Shown one piece after another: positions 11,824 through 22,260 of a DNA stretch of 64,000 bases. A model generated the notes under the pieces. That model was not told where the DNA came from, searched no databases, and worked only from the letters and a program-made list of their open reading frames with translations. A program made the translations under genes and the position numbers. Every line of letters begins with the position of its first letter. Position 1 is the first letter of the stretch. The DNA is from an uncultured delta proteobacterium (GTDB lineage Bacteria > Desulfobacterota > Binatia > UBA9968), in contig CAVUVW010000005.1 of assembly GCA_963745035.1 (NCBI GenBank), positions 180,882 to 244,881 of the forward strand. Reading direction: 5' to 3'.

Positions 11824-12341
11824 AAGGGAGCGGCGACAGTTTCTGGTGGCGATAAATTCACGCAGTTCGCCGCAGAGTTTAACCGCAATCGCTGGCAGAG
11901 ATCTTCGAACCGGTTGTATTGCTTCGCTGCAGCGCCGGCTCGCCGGTTCCAAGCATCGAGCGCGATCAGTTGACAGCTTTTCGGACTCGGGATAGCGTCG
12001 GTTGCTTGAAGTGACCGAACGTGGCGACAATCCGAGACATCGTGCAAAACGGCGTCGGCGGTCGGATCGTGAAAGATTCGAGCAATTCGCGGCCGACCGA
12101 TCGCGCGGCGGCGTGAGTGTGCTCCGATGCGTATCCCCGCATGCGTCCCCGCAAATCCGCCGCGGCGCCGATGTTGCGCTACATTGGTCCTCGGTATCGA
12201 CGCGCGGGTCGACAGCTGGCGTGGAGTTCGACTCAGATGACGGCGCCACTGTCCCCTTTCGTCCCTCTATCGCGTCAGGTTCGCTCAATGAGTGACGCCG
12301 GTTGCCGATATTTCCACCCCGCGATCGCCTGGTTGTAGAAA

Positions 12342-12845
12342 ATGTTTCGTCGCGTGGATCTGCCAACCCACATCCCGGGAAAACTGCTGCTGCACAGCAT
12401 GCCGGGCCGTTTCGAAACGCTCGACAAGGTGTGGCGTCAGGTCCAGAGCGAAGCCGTCGGCGCCATCGTCTGCTTGAACCAGCCGCACGAGATTCGCCTC
12501 AAATCCCGGCAATACGCCGAAGCCTTGGAAAGCGGCGCGGTGCCGTGCGCCGTGCTGCCGTTCGAGATTCGCGAAGGCGGCGCGCCCGAAGACCGGAACG
12601 CTTTCTGGGCGCTCTCGAATGATATCGCCGAGCGCCTGCGACGCGGAGAAGCAGTGTTGGTTCACTGCGCGGGTGGGGTCGGCCGCACCGCCATGCTCGC
12701 CGTCTCGGTGCTGCTCGCGTTGGGCCGGCCGAGCGCCGAGGCAGAAAGCGCAATCGCGCAAGCGGGCTCCATCGTGGAAACCATGGCGCAGATCGAAATG
12801 CTGTCCTGGTGCGCCGCGCAATGTGTCGGGGAAAAGAGGCAATAG
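12342..12845 (+). CDS. Dual-specificity/tyrosine protein phosphatase
   Basis: VHCAGGVGRT (CX5R) motif and VETMAQ Q-loop. Confidence 0.9.
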   Translation: MFRRVDLPTHIPGKLLLHSMPGRFETLDKVWRQVQSEAVGAIVCLNQPHEIRLKSRQYAEALESGAVPCAVLPFEIREGGAPEDRNAFWALSNDIAERLRRGEAVLVHCAGGVGRTAMLAVSVLLALGRPSAEAESAIAQAGSIVETMAQIEMLSWCAAQCVGEKRQ

Positions 12846-12865
12846 GCCATACTTGGGATTAAATG

Positions 12866-12958
12866 CCGTTCAGAACGTTCAAGCAGTTCAATCGCTCCGC
12901 TTCGTTCAAGTCGTTATAGAAACACTGTTCCAGACGTGCCAGGTTCCAATCGTTCCAA
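12866..12958. repeat. 9-bp-period GTTCAA repeat
   Basis: GTTCAR at 12868, 12877, 12886 and 12904. Confidence 0.75.
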
Positions 12959-13078
12959 CGGCTGACATAGGCATCGAGTGCAACCGAGCGCCATGTTCTA
13001 GCGCTGCGAGCGGTTGATTCATGCCCCTCATGCCTTACAATCGGGAAAACTTCAGCGAATCAATTGGGAGGTGGCGCG

Positions 13079-14092
13079 ATGCGGTTTGGCGTCGAGTTCG
13101 GCAGTTATCCGGCGGATTTAGATGCCGCCGAGGTGTGTCGGCAGGTTTCGGAACGGGCGCTGGTCGCCTACAAGAATAACTTCGAGGGGCTGTTTTCGGC
13201 ACAGCACTTTCTCACCGGGCCGGATGCGGCGATCCTGCAATCGATTCCGTTGCTGGCCTATCTCGCCGGACAAGTTCCGGGAATGTACCTCGGCACTTCG
13301 ATTTTCCTGCTGCCGCTGCACCATCCGGTGATGGTGGCCGAATATATTTCCACGTTGGACAATCTGTCCGGCGGCAAAGTGCTTTTCGGCGTCGGTCAGG
13401 GCTACCGGGACAGCGAGTTCAACTCCTTCGGCATCGACAAACGAGAGCGCCGGGGCCGCCTGGTCGAAGGGCTCGAAGTGATTCGGCAGCTTTGGAGCGG
13501 AGAAGCCGTCACTTTCCACGGCAAGTTTTTCCACTTGGACAAAGTCATCTGCGCGCCCAAGCCGCGACGACCGGGAGGGCCGCCGATTTTGATGGGCGCC
13601 GACCTGGTGAAGACTGTCGCGAAAGTGCCGCAGGTCGCGGACCACTGGATTGCCAGTCGGCGCCACACCAAAACGTTCTTGCGCGAAGCCTTGCCCGAGT
13701 ACAAAGCCGCCCTCGAGCGGCAAAGAAGGCCGTTCAAAGGGCTGTTCATTTTTCGCGATCTTTGTATCGCTGACAGCGCAAGCGAAGCCGAGGCGCGCAT
13801 CCGCGACGGCTACGAGCGGCGCTACCGCCGCTATCAACAGTGGGGCCAGCCGGGTGAGCGCTACGACCTCGCCTTCGACGAGTTGAAGCGCGACCGCCTC
13901 ATCCTCGGCAGCCCGGCCGAAGTGGTCGAGCAGGTGATGTCCTACCACGAAGAGTTCGGCGCGGAGGTCATGTGGTTCATGGTCGACTGGCCCGGCATGG
14001 ACCCGAGCTTCACTCGCGAAACCATCGAGCGCTTCGGCGCCGAAGTGATCCCTCAGATCAAGCGGCTGACGCCGTCATGTCCGCTGCCTTGA
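13079..14092 (+). CDS. LLM-class flavin-dependent oxidoreductase
   Basis: LLPLHHPVMVAE, LDNLSGG, GVGQGYRDSEF, GSPAEVVEQ. Confidence 0.9.
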   Translation: MRFGVEFGSYPADLDAAEVCRQVSERALVAYKNNFEGLFSAQHFLTGPDAAILQSIPLLAYLAGQVPGMYLGTSIFLLPLHHPVMVAEYISTLDNLSGGKVLFGVGQGYRDSEFNSFGIDKRERRGRLVEGLEVIRQLWSGEAVTFHGKFFHLDKVICAPKPRRPGGPPILMGADLVKTVAKVPQVADHWIASRRHTKTFLREALPEYKAALERQRRPFKGLFIFRDLCIADSASEAEARIRDGYERRYRRYQQWGQPGERYDLAFDELKRDRLILGSPAEVVEQVMSYHEEFGAEVMWFMVDWPGMDPSFTRETIERFGAEVIPQIKRLTPSCPLP

Positions 14093-14223
14093 CGCACCGC
14101 GGCGGTTGGTTCGAGACGGTACACGTACCAGTCTCGGAGATGCCGAGCTCGCGGACTAAGTTGGAACTTTCCCGGCCACTGCGGCCTCTGCGGTGGGTCT
14201 GAAAAAAGCCTGGGTTCGCGCGG

Positions 14224-14985
14224 CTACCTCGTCGCGAGGTCGAACTCCGCGATCACCGGCGCATGATCGCTGGTGCCGACTTCGCGGTAGGCGGCGCAGC
14301 GCGTTGCTTTCGCCGCCAGCGCTTCGCTTGCAAGGATGTAGTCGAGCCGCCAGCCGATGTTGCGCTCGCGGAGCTTGCGCCAGGGCGCCCACCAGGTGAA
14401 AAGATTGTCGTTGTCCGGATCGAGAGTCCGGCCGACATCGACCAGGCCGCGCGCCAGGATGCGCTCGAAGATTTCCCGCTCTTCCGGACGCTGTCCGACC
14501 AGCGCGGGATTGCGCTCTTTGGGATGAACGTCGCGCTCGGCGCGCGCGATATTGATATCGCCGCACAAAATCACCTGCAGACCGCCGGCGTGCGCTGCGC
14601 CGATGAAATCTTCCGTGCGGCGGAGAAATTCCATTTTCGCGGGATAATCCTTGCCGCCGTTCGGCACATAGACCGAGACGAAGATGAGTTCGCCGATCTG
14701 CGCGCTCACGACGCGGGTTTCGAAATCGAACTCCGGATGGGCAAAATCGGGTTCGGTGGAAAACGCGTCGCGGCGAACGTGCAAGCCGACGCCCGAGTAA
14801 GCGCGCGCGCCGTGCCAGTAGCACCGATAACCGCCGAGCTCGCAAAGCGCCGCCGGCACCTGCGCGACGGTCGATTTAAGCTCTTGCAGGCAAATCACAT
14901 CCGGCCGCTCGCGCTCGACCCATTCGAGGAGCTGGGCTTCGCGCGCGCGGATGCCGTTGACGTTCCAGGTGGCGATTTTGAGCAC
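14224..14985 (-). CDS. xth: Exodeoxyribonuclease III
   Basis: TWNVNG, LQE, YVPNG, GDIN, GWRLDY, SDHAP. Confidence 0.95.
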   Translation of the reverse strand: MLKIATWNVNGIRAREAQLLEWVERERPDVICLQELKSTVAQVPAALCELGGYRCYWHGARAYSGVGLHVRRDAFSTEPDFAHPEFDFETRVVSAQIGELIFVSVYVPNGGKDYPAKMEFLRRTEDFIGAAHAGGLQVILCGDINIARAERDVHPKERNPALVGQRPEEREIFERILARGLVDVGRTLDPDNDNLFTWWAPWRKLRERNIGWRLDYILASEALAAKATRCAAYREVGTSDHAPVIAEFDLATR

Positions 14986-15208
14986 TTCAAGAGTCTCCCA
15001 TGGCAGTCATCACAGTTCCATCGCTGCGCCGCGTTCAAGTTGCCGCGCCGGAAGATCGTCGTCGAATTCGCATAATGAGTGCGGTGCGCCGCGCCCGCCG
15101 CCGGCGAAAAGGGCGACTCATGGCACAAGACTGGGCCGGGCTGCTTGGGAGACCGCTAATGGCTAGATCCGGGCAATCTTAACAACGATTTGCGAACGTA
15201 CGGCGTAA

Positions 15209-15454
15209 TTAGTTTTTCACGCCGGCCTCGAAATCCGCTTTCGATATCTCTCTGACCTCCGACGACGGCAAGGTTATCTTGGAGCGGTTCTTCGCGTCCT
15301 CGAAGACGATCGCGCCGCTGTCGGAGCGATCATAATCGGTGGTGTAGTAAATTCTTCCCGAAGTCTGATCGTTGATCCGGTAATAGGTCGTGCACCCCGC
15401 AATAAACAGAAGCAGCGAAGCCGTGCCCAGCCGAGCAAATAGTCCAAGTTTCAT
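15209..15454 (-). CDS. Small lipoprotein (YgdI/YgdR-like)
   Basis: Lipobox IAGC followed by a short beta-rich domain. Confidence 0.75.
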   Translation of the reverse strand: MKLGLFARLGTASLLLFIAGCTTYYRINDQTSGRIYYTTDYDRSDSGAIVFEDAKNRSKITLPSSEVREISKADFEAGVKN

Positions 15455-15709
15455 CGCGTCACCTCCATTCAATTCATTTTCGCCACTTTCGTTTTACATT
15501 GTCAATGTACTCAAATCGGAAACAGGCATGAGGCGACAGACGACAGCAGAACGGAGTAGCACGGCGCGGTCGGCCAAAAAAGTTGGCGGCCGTACTTCGT
15601 GGCAACATAGACCGAATGTGATCGGAGCGATTGGGCATGGCTGCTCTTGAACAGAGGAATGAATATGAATATGAGTTGACGGATTGAATCTCACGTTGAT
15701 GAGGTTTCC

Positions 15710-16972
15710 ATGGAGGAAGCGCGCTCGTTTGCACCGCTGCTGATTGTTGTCATCTTGGCGTCGTTGGTGCCGTTGGCCCTCTCGTCCGTGCGCGGACGGC
15801 TGGCGATCCCGATCGTCGTCGGCGAAATCGTCGCCGGTATGATCGTCGGCCGAAGCGGCTTGGGATGGGTGTTGCCGGACAACTACGCGCTCGATTTGCT
15901 CAAAGAGCTGGGTTTTGTTTTCCTCATGTTCCTCTCCGGCATGGAGATCGATTTTCGCGCCCTGCGCGGCACCCAAGGCGAGCGGGCACCGGAGCCGGCG
16001 CGCTGGAGACCTCTTCCGCTGGCTGCGCTCAATTTCACCGCCACGCTGATCTGCGCCGCGGCGTTTGCCTGGGGCCTAAAGTGGATCGGCGCTACTACCG
16101 ATCCGTGGATGATGGCACTGATTCTTTCCACCACCGCCTTGGGCGTCGTCGTGCCGATCCTCAAAGAAGCCGGGTTGAGCCCAACTCTGTTCGGACAGAC
16201 GATCCTGCTCGCCACGGTCATCGCCGATTTCGTCACCATGTTCTTGATCAGCGTGCTGGTCGCGGTGATTTCTCGGGGATTGACCGCCGAAATTCTGCTG
16301 GTTTTCCTGTTGTTCGTCGCGTTTTTCTTCGCGGCGCGGTTCGGTTTTTTCCTGAGCCGGATGGAGCGTCTGCAGCGCGTCATCGAAGAGCTCAGCCACG
16401 CGACGGCGCAGATCAAGGTCCGCGCCGCGTTCTCCACGCTGTTGATCTTCGTGGTGCTTGCCGAAACGTTGGGCATCGAAATCATCGTCGGCGCGTTTTT
16501 GGCGGGTGCCATCGTCGCGCTGCTGCGCACGCCCGCGGACCGAGAGCTGGCGAGCCAGCTCGAAGCCATCGGTTTCGGATTTTTCATCCCAATTTTTTTC
16601 ATTATGGTCGGCGTCGATTTCAATCTGCCGGCGCTGCTGTCGTCGAGAGGCGCGCTCGTCTCCGTGCCCCTGCTGCTGCTCGCCGCCGTCGCGGTAAAAG
16701 TCGTTCCGGCGTTGGTGTTTCACATCAATCACTCATGGCGCGAAGCTTTGGCGGCGGGCATTCTCATGTGCCCGCGGCTCTCGCTGATCATCGCCGCCGC
16801 CGCGATCGGCAAAAAGCTCGGGATTATCGACGAGTCGGTCAACGCCGGCATCGTTCTGGTCGCGATCGTCACGGTAACGAGCGCGCCCCTCGGTTTCCTC
16901 AGAGTTTTTCCGGCGCGGCGGGAGAAAGCCGCGCGCTTCATGGTCGCCGACCCCGAGCTGGGCGCGCGGTAG
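15710..16972 (+). CDS. Cation:proton antiporter (CPA2/Kef-like)
   Basis: About 12 TM helices; LMFLSGMEID, STTALGVVVPILKE, GAFLAG, FFIPIFFIMVG. Confidence 0.9.
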   Translation: MEEARSFAPLLIVVILASLVPLALSSVRGRLAIPIVVGEIVAGMIVGRSGLGWVLPDNYALDLLKELGFVFLMFLSGMEIDFRALRGTQGERAPEPARWRPLPLAALNFTATLICAAAFAWGLKWIGATTDPWMMALILSTTALGVVVPILKEAGLSPTLFGQTILLATVIADFVTMFLISVLVAVISRGLTAEILLVFLLFVAFFFAARFGFFLSRMERLQRVIEELSHATAQIKVRAAFSTLLIFVVLAETLGIEIIVGAFLAGAIVALLRTPADRELASQLEAIGFGFFIPIFFIMVGVDFNLPALLSSRGALVSVPLLLLAAVAVKVVPALVFHINHSWREALAAGILMCPRLSLIIAAAAIGKKLGIIDESVNAGIVLVAIVTVTSAPLGFLRVFPARREKAARFMVADPELGAR

Positions 16973-17083
16973 ACCGGATTATTCATGTGAGGTGCGGCCG
17001 AGGCGTGATCCTCGGAGCAAATGCAATGGGGCTACGCCTAACCGTCATATCGCCATGCCGCAAGCCAGGAAAGGAGCGTCGTC

Positions 17084-17593
17084 ATGAAATATCTGCACCC
17101 GAGACGCGGCATGCCGCGATTTCCGCTGCTCGGTTCAATGATTTTTTTGTTGGCCGCGTGCAGCGCGGCGGGTCCGAAGTTTTCAGACACGCCCTTCGCA
17201 ACCGAGCCCGTTCCGGGAGATAAGGCGCGGATCATTCTTTTCCGCGGCAGCGATAGCAATTTTCAGCCGGCGACTGTCGGCGTCGACGGCGCCGTCGTCG
17301 GCGCGCTGGCCCAGAGCGGATTCATCGTCGCGGATGCCGAACCGGGCGATCGCAAGATCGGCGCGTGGCTGCGCTATGCGCCCGTGAGGGCATCGGCCGC
17401 AACCATGAGCGTCAAAGCCGGGGAAGTCTATTACATCAAGATTTCGCAGCGGATCGAGCGCATCGCCTATCCGCTGCTGGGGCCGCTCGGCATGGCTTTT
17501 TGGTTCGTTGACCCGCAAGGGGAGTTTCACCTCGAGCCCGTAATCGCGGCCGCCGCGCTGCAGGCGCTGCCGGAGATGAAGCTATCGGACTAA
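17084..17593 (+). CDS. Lipoprotein, DUF2846-like
   Basis: Lipobox LAAC; ARIILFR..VDG..G.L...VKAGEVYYIK pattern. Confidence 0.7.
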   Translation: MKYLHPRRGMPRFPLLGSMIFLLAACSAAGPKFSDTPFATEPVPGDKARIILFRGSDSNFQPATVGVDGAVVGALAQSGFIVADAEPGDRKIGAWLRYAPVRASAATMSVKAGEVYYIKISQRIERIAYPLLGPLGMAFWFVDPQGEFHLEPVIAAAALQALPEMKLSD

Positions 17594-17628
17594 ACGTGCG
17601 GCTGCTGATCCGCGGCCGAGATGAAGCG

Positions 17629-18591
17629 TCACCGGGTCTTCTGGATCGGCCTTTCCAACTCCTGCACGAGGGAAGCATCGACGAAGTTTGCCGGGTTGGC
17701 GCCGGCGGCTTCGCTGCCGAGACCTTTCAGCAAGCCGCGCACGCCTTCGAGGTCCACGGCGATCGTTCTGGGCAGGTGCCGATCGCCGTAGATGCGATAG
17801 ACTTCCCCGAGAATCACCGGATCGTCGAGCCGTACGTACTTGGCGAGAATCTTGAGCGCGCCGTTTTTGTCGCCGCGAATCTCCTGCACGCTCTCCTGAT
17901 AGGCGCGCAGGATGCGCACAACCGTGTCACGGTTGCTCGTGATAAACGAGCGGCGCGTGCTGAGCGGCGAATTCACATACGGGATGCCATAGTCGGCGGC
18001 GTCGACGAGCTCGTTCAGCCCGAGTTTTTTGCCGCGAAGATTATTCGGCGCGGAGATCATGCCGCCGTCGACGAAGCCTTTGGCGACCGACACCAAAAGC
18101 TCCGGCATGCCCCCGCGGATGCCGAGCACGGTCACGTCTTTGTTGCGCTGCAATCCCCAGCGCTCCAGCAGCAAGCTCAAAACGAGATCGGGAGAGTCGC
18201 CGAGATTGGTGACACCGACTTTCTTTCCTCTGAGGTCTTCGGGCCGTTTGATCTCCGGTTTGGTCATCATGGAGAAGACCGCGACGTTGACCGTATTGGC
18301 GATGATCGCCAGGTCGGCGCCCCTGATCGTGGAGCGCACCACCGACGGCGGCGAGGCGCGCACGAACTGCACTTCTCCGGCGAGCAGTGCCTCGATGGCG
18401 ACGCCGCGGATATACATCACTTCGACGTCGACGCCGTGCTTGTCGAAAAGCTTTTTGTCCTTGGCGACCCAGAGCGGCAGCATGGCGCCGCTGATGGAGC
18501 TATAGGCGATGCGTACCGGCGCGGCGTGGGAGACTTTGCCCGCGCTCGTCAGCAAGGCGAGCGCGAGCGCAACAAAAAGTGCGCCCCGCAT
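17629..18591 (-). CDS. ABC transporter substrate-binding protein (SsuA/NMT1-like)
   Basis: Signal peptide; LWVAKDKKLFDKHGVDVE, DLRGKKVGVT. Confidence 0.9.
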   Translation of the reverse strand: MRGALFVALALALLTSAGKVSHAAPVRIAYSSISGAMLPLWVAKDKKLFDKHGVDVEVMYIRGVAIEALLAGEVQFVRASPPSVVRSTIRGADLAIIANTVNVAVFSMMTKPEIKRPEDLRGKKVGVTNLGDSPDLVLSLLLERWGLQRNKDVTVLGIRGGMPELLVSVAKGFVDGGMISAPNNLRGKKLGLNELVDAADYGIPYVNSPLSTRRSFITSNRDTVVRILRAYQESVQEIRGDKNGALKILAKYVRLDDPVILGEVYRIYGDRHLPRTIAVDLEGVRGLLKGLGSEAAGANPANFVDASLVQELERPIQKTR

Positions 18592-18599
18592 GGCGCGGC

Positions 18600-19373
18600 T
18601 CAGCTTGGAAACGAGCTTTCTCCCGCGGCTCCGCCCGCGCGAGCGCCGTCCACGGTTTCACCGCGGACCACGTAGGCCATGTAGATGCAGTCGGCCATCG
18701 CCCGGCGCATGTTGTTTTTCATGAGTTGAGCGTTGATGCAGGCTTCTTGGAGTTCTTTGGTGTCGGCGTATTTTTTAAGAATCTCCTTGCGGATCAGGCC
18801 GTGTTCGACGTCGACGTCGGCGTGGAGCTTATAGAAGGTCAAGGCGTCGTCGGGCACCCATTGATAGTGTTTGCGAAAGGTGTCGAGGTCGCGCGACATG
18901 GCCTTGGCCGTGTCGTCGCCTTCGGACACGGCGACGCCGAGCAGCCATGACGTGCGAAACGCCGCGTTGGCGAAGCTGTCGACGGCGAACTTGACGCCGT
19001 AGAGCGGCTCGGAATTGCGCACGAACTCGCGGTCAAGGCCCATGCCGACGCAGACGTCGAGCCAATACTCGGGATGCGGCTTGCCGGATTTTCCGATCAG
19101 GTCTTCGCCTTCCTCTTCGATCGCCTTGGGCAGCCACATGCGGCGCACGTCGGTGTGCGGGCAGTTGTAGAGGATCGAATATTCCTTGATCGGCACCTGC
19201 TTGGTGAAGTAGTAGCGCTCCTTGCCCCAGCCGTGCAGATGCTCCCGGGTCGCTTTGCCTTCGCGGAAGATCGCTTCCCAGGGATGCGGCGGGCGCTGAT
19301 GGTCCTGGCGGTTCGCTTCGAAAAAGGTCTGGATGAATTCGTCGGGCGCGAGCTTGCGGTCGAGCTTGAACAT
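18600..19373 (-). CDS. Heme-oxygenase-like PqqC/TenA/CADD family protein (putative diiron oxidase)
   Basis: HPW..F..G, EEEG...HPEYW and FYKLHADVDVEHG metal-ligand pattern. Confidence 0.8.
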   Translation of the reverse strand: MFKLDRKLAPDEFIQTFFEANRQDHQRPPHPWEAIFREGKATREHLHGWGKERYYFTKQVPIKEYSILYNCPHTDVRRMWLPKAIEEEGEDLIGKSGKPHPEYWLDVCVGMGLDREFVRNSEPLYGVKFAVDSFANAAFRTSWLLGVAVSEGDDTAKAMSRDLDTFRKHYQWVPDDALTFYKLHADVDVEHGLIRKEILKKYADTKELQEACINAQLMKNNMRRAMADCIYMAYVVRGETVDGARAGGAAGESSFPS

Positions 19374-19420
19374 GATTGTCAGTCCTTTCAGACGTACCGA
19401 TTCTTCGAGTCGCCCCTACG

Positions 19421-20437
19421 CTAATCTGCTTTGGCGTCTTCTCGATAGTGTCCGATAGCATCCATCAACGGCTTGTCCGACATGACGAAGAAAATCGCCG
19501 GGTCCTTGGAGGTATTTTCGTGGCGATGAAAGTTCCACAGCGGCACGACGAAGGAATCGCCTTGTTCCCACTCGTAGCGCTTGTCGCCGACGTAGCTCAC
19601 GCCGCTGCCGCGCCAGACGTGGTAAATCGTCGAGCTCGTGTGGCGATGACTCTTGGTCTTCTCGCCCCCGCGCAGCATGTGAATCTGGCACGCCATGGTG
19701 GGCAGGGTGGGCCCGCCTGTGACCGGGTTGGCGTAATCGAGCACGATGCCGTCGTAGGGATCGCCTGGCTGCTCACCGACTTTGCTCAACGCATTTTCCG
19801 TGTCGGCCCATTTGTAGCAGAATGCCGGCGGTTGAATCGAATTCTGCTTGGTCCACGCCGGCCGAAGCGCGCCGGTTGTCGCGAGGGTATAGCCGTCGGG
19901 TTTGGTCACGGGCTGTTTTTTGCGCGGATCGGATTCGTGAAAATCAGTTTCCAGCAGGCGAACCAGCGGCGCGTCCAAGCCGTCGAGCCACATCATGGTC
20001 TCGCCGCGATTTTCGTGATCGTGCCAGGTCCAACTCGGCGTGGTAACGAAGTCGCCTTCGCCGATCTCGAAGGATTCGCCTTCGACGATCAGGCGGGTGC
20101 CGTGGCCCTTGGTGATAAATCGGATCGCCCCGGCCATGTGACGGTGCGACAACGCGTTCTCACCGGGTTTGAGCATCTGCAGATTCAACACCAGAGTGCG
20201 CGAGGTGCCGTTTTTTAGGGCGGGATTCCATAGCTGAATGACGCGGCGAAACGAGACGTCCAGGCCGACTACGTCGCCGGCTTTCTCCATGGCGGCGTAA
20301 AGATCCTTGCCTTTCCAAAAGCATGCTTCGAAAGAAGCCACCGGCTCGCGGTTGACGTCGCCCTGCTGGTTTTGCCAGTAACCTTTGAAATTTTTGCTCT
20401 GGAGCTCTTCCTCGAAAGCCTTGAGTGCTTCGGACAT
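19421..20437 (-). CDS. Bicupin gentisate 1,2-dioxygenase-like enzyme
   Basis: SHRH..AIRF, TPSWTWHDH, WLDGLD, YANPVTGGPTLPTM, HRHTSS. Confidence 0.85.
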   Translation of the reverse strand: MSEALKAFEEELQSKNFKGYWQNQQGDVNREPVASFEACFWKGKDLYAAMEKAGDVVGLDVSFRRVIQLWNPALKNGTSRTLVLNLQMLKPGENALSHRHMAGAIRFITKGHGTRLIVEGESFEIGEGDFVTTPSWTWHDHENRGETMMWLDGLDAPLVRLLETDFHESDPRKKQPVTKPDGYTLATTGALRPAWTKQNSIQPPAFCYKWADTENALSKVGEQPGDPYDGIVLDYANPVTGGPTLPTMACQIHMLRGGEKTKSHRHTSSTIYHVWRGSGVSYVGDKRYEWEQGDSFVVPLWNFHRHENTSKDPAIFFVMSDKPLMDAIGHYREDAKAD

Positions 20438-20596
20438 GGCGTTACCTCCCTGGCTTATTTGAGTCTTATCTAGCGCGATTTGCAGAAGGGTTGCAAGGCG
20501 AGTGATTGGTCGCTTTTCGACCGGCTTTGGCATCGCCCGTTCCAGGTTCTGCGCAAATTTAGAGCGCGCCGGGGCTCGTGTGAAAACTCTATCGGA

Positions 20597-20676
20597 GCCC
20601 TTCGACACGGCTCAGGGCGAACGGATAAGTTCCCAAACTTAAAGAAGGTGATCTAATTCGTGATGAGCACGGTTGA
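20597..20676. repeat. Degenerate REP-like inverted repeat (CCCTTCGACACGGCTCAGGGCGAAC...TTCGTGATGAG)
   Basis: Imperfect inverted pair downstream of pyk. Confidence 0.45.
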
Positions 20677-20685
20677 GGCAGAAAC

Positions 20686-22089
20686 CTATTCGATCACTTT
20701 GACGGTGATCATGTTGGTGGTGCCCGCCTGGTGGAGCGGCAAACCGGCGGTGATCGCCACCAGATCGCCGCGCTTGACGAAGCCCAACTCGAGGGCTTTG
20801 GTTTGGAGCGACCGAACCATTTCATCGGTGCTTTTGAATCCTTTGATCGGCACCGGGCAAACCCCCCAGACCAGACAGAGCAGTTTAACGGTCTGCGGCT
20901 CGGGGCTGATGGCGATGATCGGCTGTTGCGGCCGGTAGCGCGCGATCAGGCGCGCCGTGGTACCGGAGGTCGTGGGAATCAAGAACGCCTTGACTTGCAG
21001 GTCGCGCGCCAGGGAAATGGCGCCGACGCTGATCGCTTCGGGTACGGTTTTTTTGAGTCCGGCAAAACGCTGGCGCGGCTCCAGGATCGATTCGGTCTCC
21101 TCGGCGACGCGCGCCATGACCTTGACGGCCTCGATCGGATAATCACCCGCGGCGGTTTCTTCCGACAACATCAGCGCGTCGGTGCCGTCGAGGATGGCAT
21201 TCGCGATGTCGGCCACTTCCGCGCGAGTGGGCCGCGGGTTCCACACCATCGAGCGCAGCATCTGGGTCGCGGTGATCACCGGCTTGCCGAGATGATTGGC
21301 TTCGCGGATCATCATCTTCTGCATGGCCGGGATGCGCTCCTGGGCGATCTCCACGCCGAGATCGCCGCGCGCCACCATGATGCCGTCGACGTTCTGCAGA
21401 ATGCCGTCTAGATGGTCGAGCGCTTCGTGCTTCTCGATCTTGGCGATAATCGGAATCGACGAGCCGCGCTTGCGCATCTCACGCCGGGCGTAGAGAATGT
21501 CCTCGCTGTTGCGCACGAACGAGAGCGCGATCAGATCGACGTTTTCCTTGATGCCGAAGGTGAGATCCTTCTTGTCTTCGTCGGTGAGCGCGCGGATGTC
21601 CAGGCTCGTGCGCGGAAAATGAATACCCTTGTGCGAGCCGAGCATGCCGCCCACGACGATGCGGCACTTAACCTCGCGCTTCCCGACCTGCAGCGCTTCA
21701 AGCTCGATCTCACCGTCGCCGAGAAGGATGGGATCGCCTTTTTTAACCGCTTTGGTCAGACCGGGAAAATCTACGGAGACGGCGTCCTCGGTGCCGACGA
21801 TGTTTCGTGTCGTGAGTACGAAAGGCTGGCGTGTTCGCAGCCGGACGCGATCGCCGTCGACCGCACCGATGCGGATTTTGGGACCGGGCAAATCCTGCAG
21901 GATGGCGATCTGGCGGTCGAGCTTACGCTCAAGACGGCGAATTTTGCGAATCAGTCCCCGATGAGAAGCGTGATCGCCGTGACTGAAGTTCAAGCGCGCG
22001 ACGTCCATGCCGGCGCGAATCAGGCCTTCGAGCACTGGCTCTGACGAACTGGCCGGCCCAATAGTGCAAACAATTTTAGTGCGCCGCAT
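20686..22089 (-). CDS. pyk: Pyruvate kinase
   Basis: MRRTKIVCTIGPAS, ARLNFSHG, IAKIE, MVARGDLG, ATQML, DGTDALMLSEETA. Confidence 0.97.
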   Translation of the reverse strand: MRRTKIVCTIGPASSSEPVLEGLIRAGMDVARLNFSHGDHASHRGLIRKIRRLERKLDRQIAILQDLPGPKIRIGAVDGDRVRLRTRQPFVLTTRNIVGTEDAVSVDFPGLTKAVKKGDPILLGDGEIELEALQVGKREVKCRIVVGGMLGSHKGIHFPRTSLDIRALTDEDKKDLTFGIKENVDLIALSFVRNSEDILYARREMRKRGSSIPIIAKIEKHEALDHLDGILQNVDGIMVARGDLGVEIAQERIPAMQKMMIREANHLGKPVITATQMLRSMVWNPRPTRAEVADIANAILDGTDALMLSEETAAGDYPIEAVKVMARVAEETESILEPRQRFAGLKKTVPEAISVGAISLARDLQVKAFLIPTTSGTTARLIARYRPQQPIIAISPEPQTVKLLCLVWGVCPVPIKGFKSTDEMVRSLQTKALELGFVKRGDLVAITAGLPLHQAGTTNMITVKVIE

Positions 22090-22133
22090 TTTCAGTAATG
22101 TACACCAGTCGACTCGGGAATCAACGAAAACAA

Positions 22134-22250
22134 GTTTCGGGTTTCTAGTTCCTGGTCTCCAGTTTTCGGTCGACAGAGTCGAACGACACTTCGGATCAAT
22201 CGACACTTGATCATGCAAACTAGGAACCACAAACTGGGAACTCGAAACGC
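22134..22250. repeat. 7-bp-period repeats in inverted arrangement
   Basis: GTTTCGGGTTTCTAGTTCCTGGT faces AAACTAGGAACCACAAACTGGGAACTCGAAAC. Confidence 0.6.
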
Positions 22251-22260
22251 GCAACGGTTT

